DNA of 64,000 bases from the NCBI GenBank assembly GCA_963665125.2, contig CAXXUK010000001.1:2272001-2336000 (forward strand), read 5' to 3'. The DNA comes from an uncultured Desulfarculus sp. Lineage in GTDB: Bacteria; Desulfobacterota; Desulfarculia; Desulfarculales; Desulfarculaceae. The notes beneath the pieces were generated by a model, which worked only from the letters and a program-made list of their open reading frames with translations, ran no database searches and had not been told where the DNA came from. The translations under genes were made by a program, and so were the position numbers. Below, piece by piece: positions 61,501 to 64,000 of this stretch (position 1 is its first letter; every line of letters starts with the position of its first letter).

Positions 61501-63424
61501 TCTGACCAAACTTACGCCGGGCAAGACCATCCTCATGCAAGGCAACGAAGCCATATCCAGAGGAGCCCTGGAGGCGGGTGTGCAGTTCTGCGCGGCCTAT
61601 CCGGGCAACCCCTCCAGCGAGATATTGCAAAACCTGGCTGAAAGCGCCAAAAGCGCGGGCATCTACGCCGAATGGTCGGCCAACGAGAAGGTGGCCATGG
61701 AGTCCGCCGCCGCGGCCAGCTTCAGCGGGCTGCGGGCCATGGCCTCCATGAAGCAAAACGGCGTCAACGTGGCCCAGGACTTTATCTGCAACCTGACCAT
61801 CAGCGGCATCGGCACGGGCGGGCTGGTCCTGCTGACGGCCGACGACCCCTCGGCCATTTCCAGCACCAACGAGCAGGACGCCCGGTTCATCGCCCGTCTG
61901 GCCTCGCTGCCCCTGCTGGAGCCGACCACGCCGGACGAATGCCGCCGGATCATGAAATTCGCCTTCGAACTTTCCGAGGCCATCGGCAATATCGTGGTGG
62001 TGCGTTCGGTGAGCCGCCTGAGCCACACCCGCAGCAATGTGACGCCAGAGGCCCTGCCCACCGACAGGCGCAAGCCCTACTGGGACCCCAAAACCAACCA
62101 CTTCAACATGCCCGTGGTGCCCAAGCACAAGGTCATGCTGGAAAAGCTGGCCAAGGCCGAAGGCATCATGGCCGCCAGCGGCTTCAACGCCTACAGCGGA
62201 CCGGAAAAGCCCGAACTGTTGGTCATCGCCTCGGCCAGCGCCGTGCTCTACACCGAGGAGGCCCTGGGCATGCTGGGGGCGACGGACCGGGTGGGCATCC
62301 TCAAGCTGGGCTGCACTTGGCCCCTGCCCTCCGAGTTATTACTCAAGCACCTGGCCGCCGCCGAGCAGATCATGTTCGGCGAAGAGATCGACCCGATCAT
62401 CGAGGACCAGGTCAAGGCCTTTTACGCCCAGCACTCGCCCGAGCTGGGCCCCAAGCGCTTCTTTGGCAAGGCCAGCGGACATCTGCCCATGATCGGCGAA
62501 CTGAGCCCCGGCCTGATGGCCTCGGCCATGGGCAAGGTCCTGGGCGTGGAGCCGCCCAAGGTTGACACCGCCTGGCAGGCCAAGGCCGCCGAACTGGTGG
62601 GCGAGTTGGCCCCGCCCAGGGAGTTCGGCTTCTGCCCCGGCTGCCCCCACAGGGCATCGTTCTGGAGCATAAAGCAGGTCCTGGCCGTTGACGGCCGGGA
62701 CGGCATCGTCAGCGGCGACATCGGCTGCTACACACTGGGCGCCATGTCCACCGGCTTCAAGCGGGTCAATTCCGTGCACTGCATGGGCTCGGGCCTGGGC
62801 GTGGGCTGCGGCCTGGGCCAGCTTGGTCCCCAGGGCTTCGACCAGCCCGTCTTGACGGTGGTGGGCGACAGCACCTTCTTCCACGCCGGATTGCCGGGGC
62901 TGTTGAACGCCCGCTGGAATCAATCGGACTTCCTGCTGTGCGTATTGGACAACTCGGCCACGGCCATGACCGGCTTCCAGCCCCACCCCGGCACGGGCGT
63001 AAAAGCCACGGGCCAGGAGGGCAACCAGGTCAAGGTCGAGGACGTGCTGGCCGGCCTGGGCATACCCTACGATATCGTGGACCCCTACGACCTGGAAGCC
63101 ACCCAGGAGGCCATCTACGAATCGCTCCAGCAAAAGGGCGGCGGCATCCGGGCCCTGATTCTGCGGCGACTGTGCGCCCTGGTCCAGAACAAGCGCGGAG
63201 GCCACCCCTACACCATGAGCGTGGATCAGGACATCTGCCGGGGCGAGGAATGCGGCTGCAACCGTTTCTGCAGCAGGGTCTTCCGCTGTCCGGGCCTGAT
63301 CTTCGACGAAAAGGCGGGCAAGGCGGTCATCGACGAGGTGGTCTGCGCCGGTTGCGGCGTATGCGCCCAGATCTGCCCGGCCGGAGCCATCAAGGCCGAG
63401 CCCAAAAAGGAGGCCGCGGCATGA
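61493..63424 (+). CDS. iorA: Indolepyruvate:ferredoxin oxidoreductase alpha subunit
   Basis: GNEAISRGALEAG, YPGNPSSE, FCPGCPHR, GDIGCYTL, GDSTFFH, C-terminal ferredoxin. Confidence 0.93.
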   Translation: MPDLTKLTPGKTILMQGNEAISRGALEAGVQFCAAYPGNPSSEILQNLAESAKSAGIYAEWSANEKVAMESAAAASFSGLRAMASMKQNGVNVAQDFICNLTISGIGTGGLVLLTADDPSAISSTNEQDARFIARLASLPLLEPTTPDECRRIMKFAFELSEAIGNIVVVRSVSRLSHTRSNVTPEALPTDRRKPYWDPKTNHFNMPVVPKHKVMLEKLAKAEGIMAASGFNAYSGPEKPELLVIASASAVLYTEEALGMLGATDRVGILKLGCTWPLPSELLLKHLAAAEQIMFGEEIDPIIEDQVKAFYAQHSPELGPKRFFGKASGHLPMIGELSPGLMASAMGKVLGVEPPKVDTAWQAKAAELVGELAPPREFGFCPGCPHRASFWSIKQVLAVDGRDGIVSGDIGCYTLGAMSTGFKRVNSVHCMGSGLGVGCGLGQLGPQGFDQPVLTVVGDSTFFHAGLPGLLNARWNQSDFLLCVLDNSATAMTGFQPHPGTGVKATGQEGNQVKVEDVLAGLGIPYDIVDPYDLEATQEAIYESLQQKGGGIRALILRRLCALVQNKRGGHPYTMSVDQDICRGEECGCNRFCSRVFRCPGLIFDEKAGKAVIDEVVCAGCGVCAQICPAGAIKAEPKKEAAA

Positions 63425-64000
63425 GCAAACTGATGTACGAACCATTAGACATCATCATCACCGGCGTGGGCGGTCAGGGCAATGTCTTGGCCAGTCACAT
63501 CCTGGGCAACGCCCTGGTGGATGCGGGCTGGCAGGTCACCGTGGGCGAGACCTACGGCCTTAGCCAGCGCGGCGGCTCGGTGATGAGCATGGTGCGCATC
63601 ACCTCGGAAAAGCCCAGCAGCCCGATGATCCCGGAAAACGGAGCCCACGCCATCGTCAGCCTGGAGCCCCTGGAGGCCCTGCGCGTGGCCGGGGTCTACG
63701 GCAACCCGGATACGGTGATCATCACCAACTCCAGACCCATGATGCCCATCAACGTGATCAGCGGCGAGAACAAATACCCGGCCATCGACGAGCTGCGCGG
63801 CGCTTTGGAAGAACTGGGCGGCAAGCTCTATTGGCTCGACGCCACGGATGAGGCCATGAAAATCGGCGCGCCGATCCTGGCCAACGTGATCATTCTGGGG
63901 GCCATGGTCCAGGCGGGAATCATGCCCCTGAGCGCAGAACAAGTGGAAAAGGCTATCGCCGGCATGTTCCCCGAGGACAAGATGCCCGCAAACCGCGAGG
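63421..64000 (+). CDS. iorB: Indolepyruvate:ferredoxin oxidoreductase beta subunit (runs off window end)
   Basis: Own translation: IIITGVGGQGNV, ETYGLSQRGGSV, LEPLEALR, ANVIILGA; ATGA overlap with iorA. Confidence 0.92.
   Translation, partial: MSKLMYEPLDIIITGVGGQGNVLASHILGNALVDAGWQVTVGETYGLSQRGGSVMSMVRITSEKPSSPMIPENGAHAIVSLEPLEALRVAGVYGNPDTVIITNSRPMMPINVISGENKYPAIDELRGALEELGGKLYWLDATDEAMKIGAPILANVIILGAMVQAGIMPLSAEQVEKAIAGMFPEDKMPANRE

Overview
GC-rich bacterial chromosomal window. Gene content (sigma-54 flagellar cluster, tungsten-type AOR, IOR, FrhB-like protein, miaB-DUF151-PHP block, DUF6485, rimP-nusA-infB-DUF503-rbfA-DHH-truB-rpsO-pnp-M16-dut) points by inference to an anaerobic Desulfobacterota, possibly Desulfarculia-like. 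It holds about 65 CDS and two tRNAs (Pro-CGG, Gly-CCC). I saw no integrase, transposase, prophage gene or CRISPR array. Points of most interest: (1) a readable flagellar regulatory cascade with three near-consensus sigma-54 promoters, GTCAA-N4-TTGAC-type enhancer palindromes and two enhancer-binding proteins with degenerate receiver domains, the upstream one split by a 1-nt frameshift; (2) a stand-alone, oversized, acidic FlgL-like protein with an internal duplication; (3) an operon of DUF6485, a GAF-only protein, an MreB paralog without mreCD and a 4-Cys microprotein; (4) a candidate ~85-nt sRNA after the flagellar operon; (5) three back-to-back hairpins in the lon leader; (6) an eRF1-like (baeRF) protein with GGQ beside two Hsp20 genes; (7) an AOR-family enzyme with atypical motifs in a six-gene redox operon. 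All calls come from reading motifs by eye; no searches were run.
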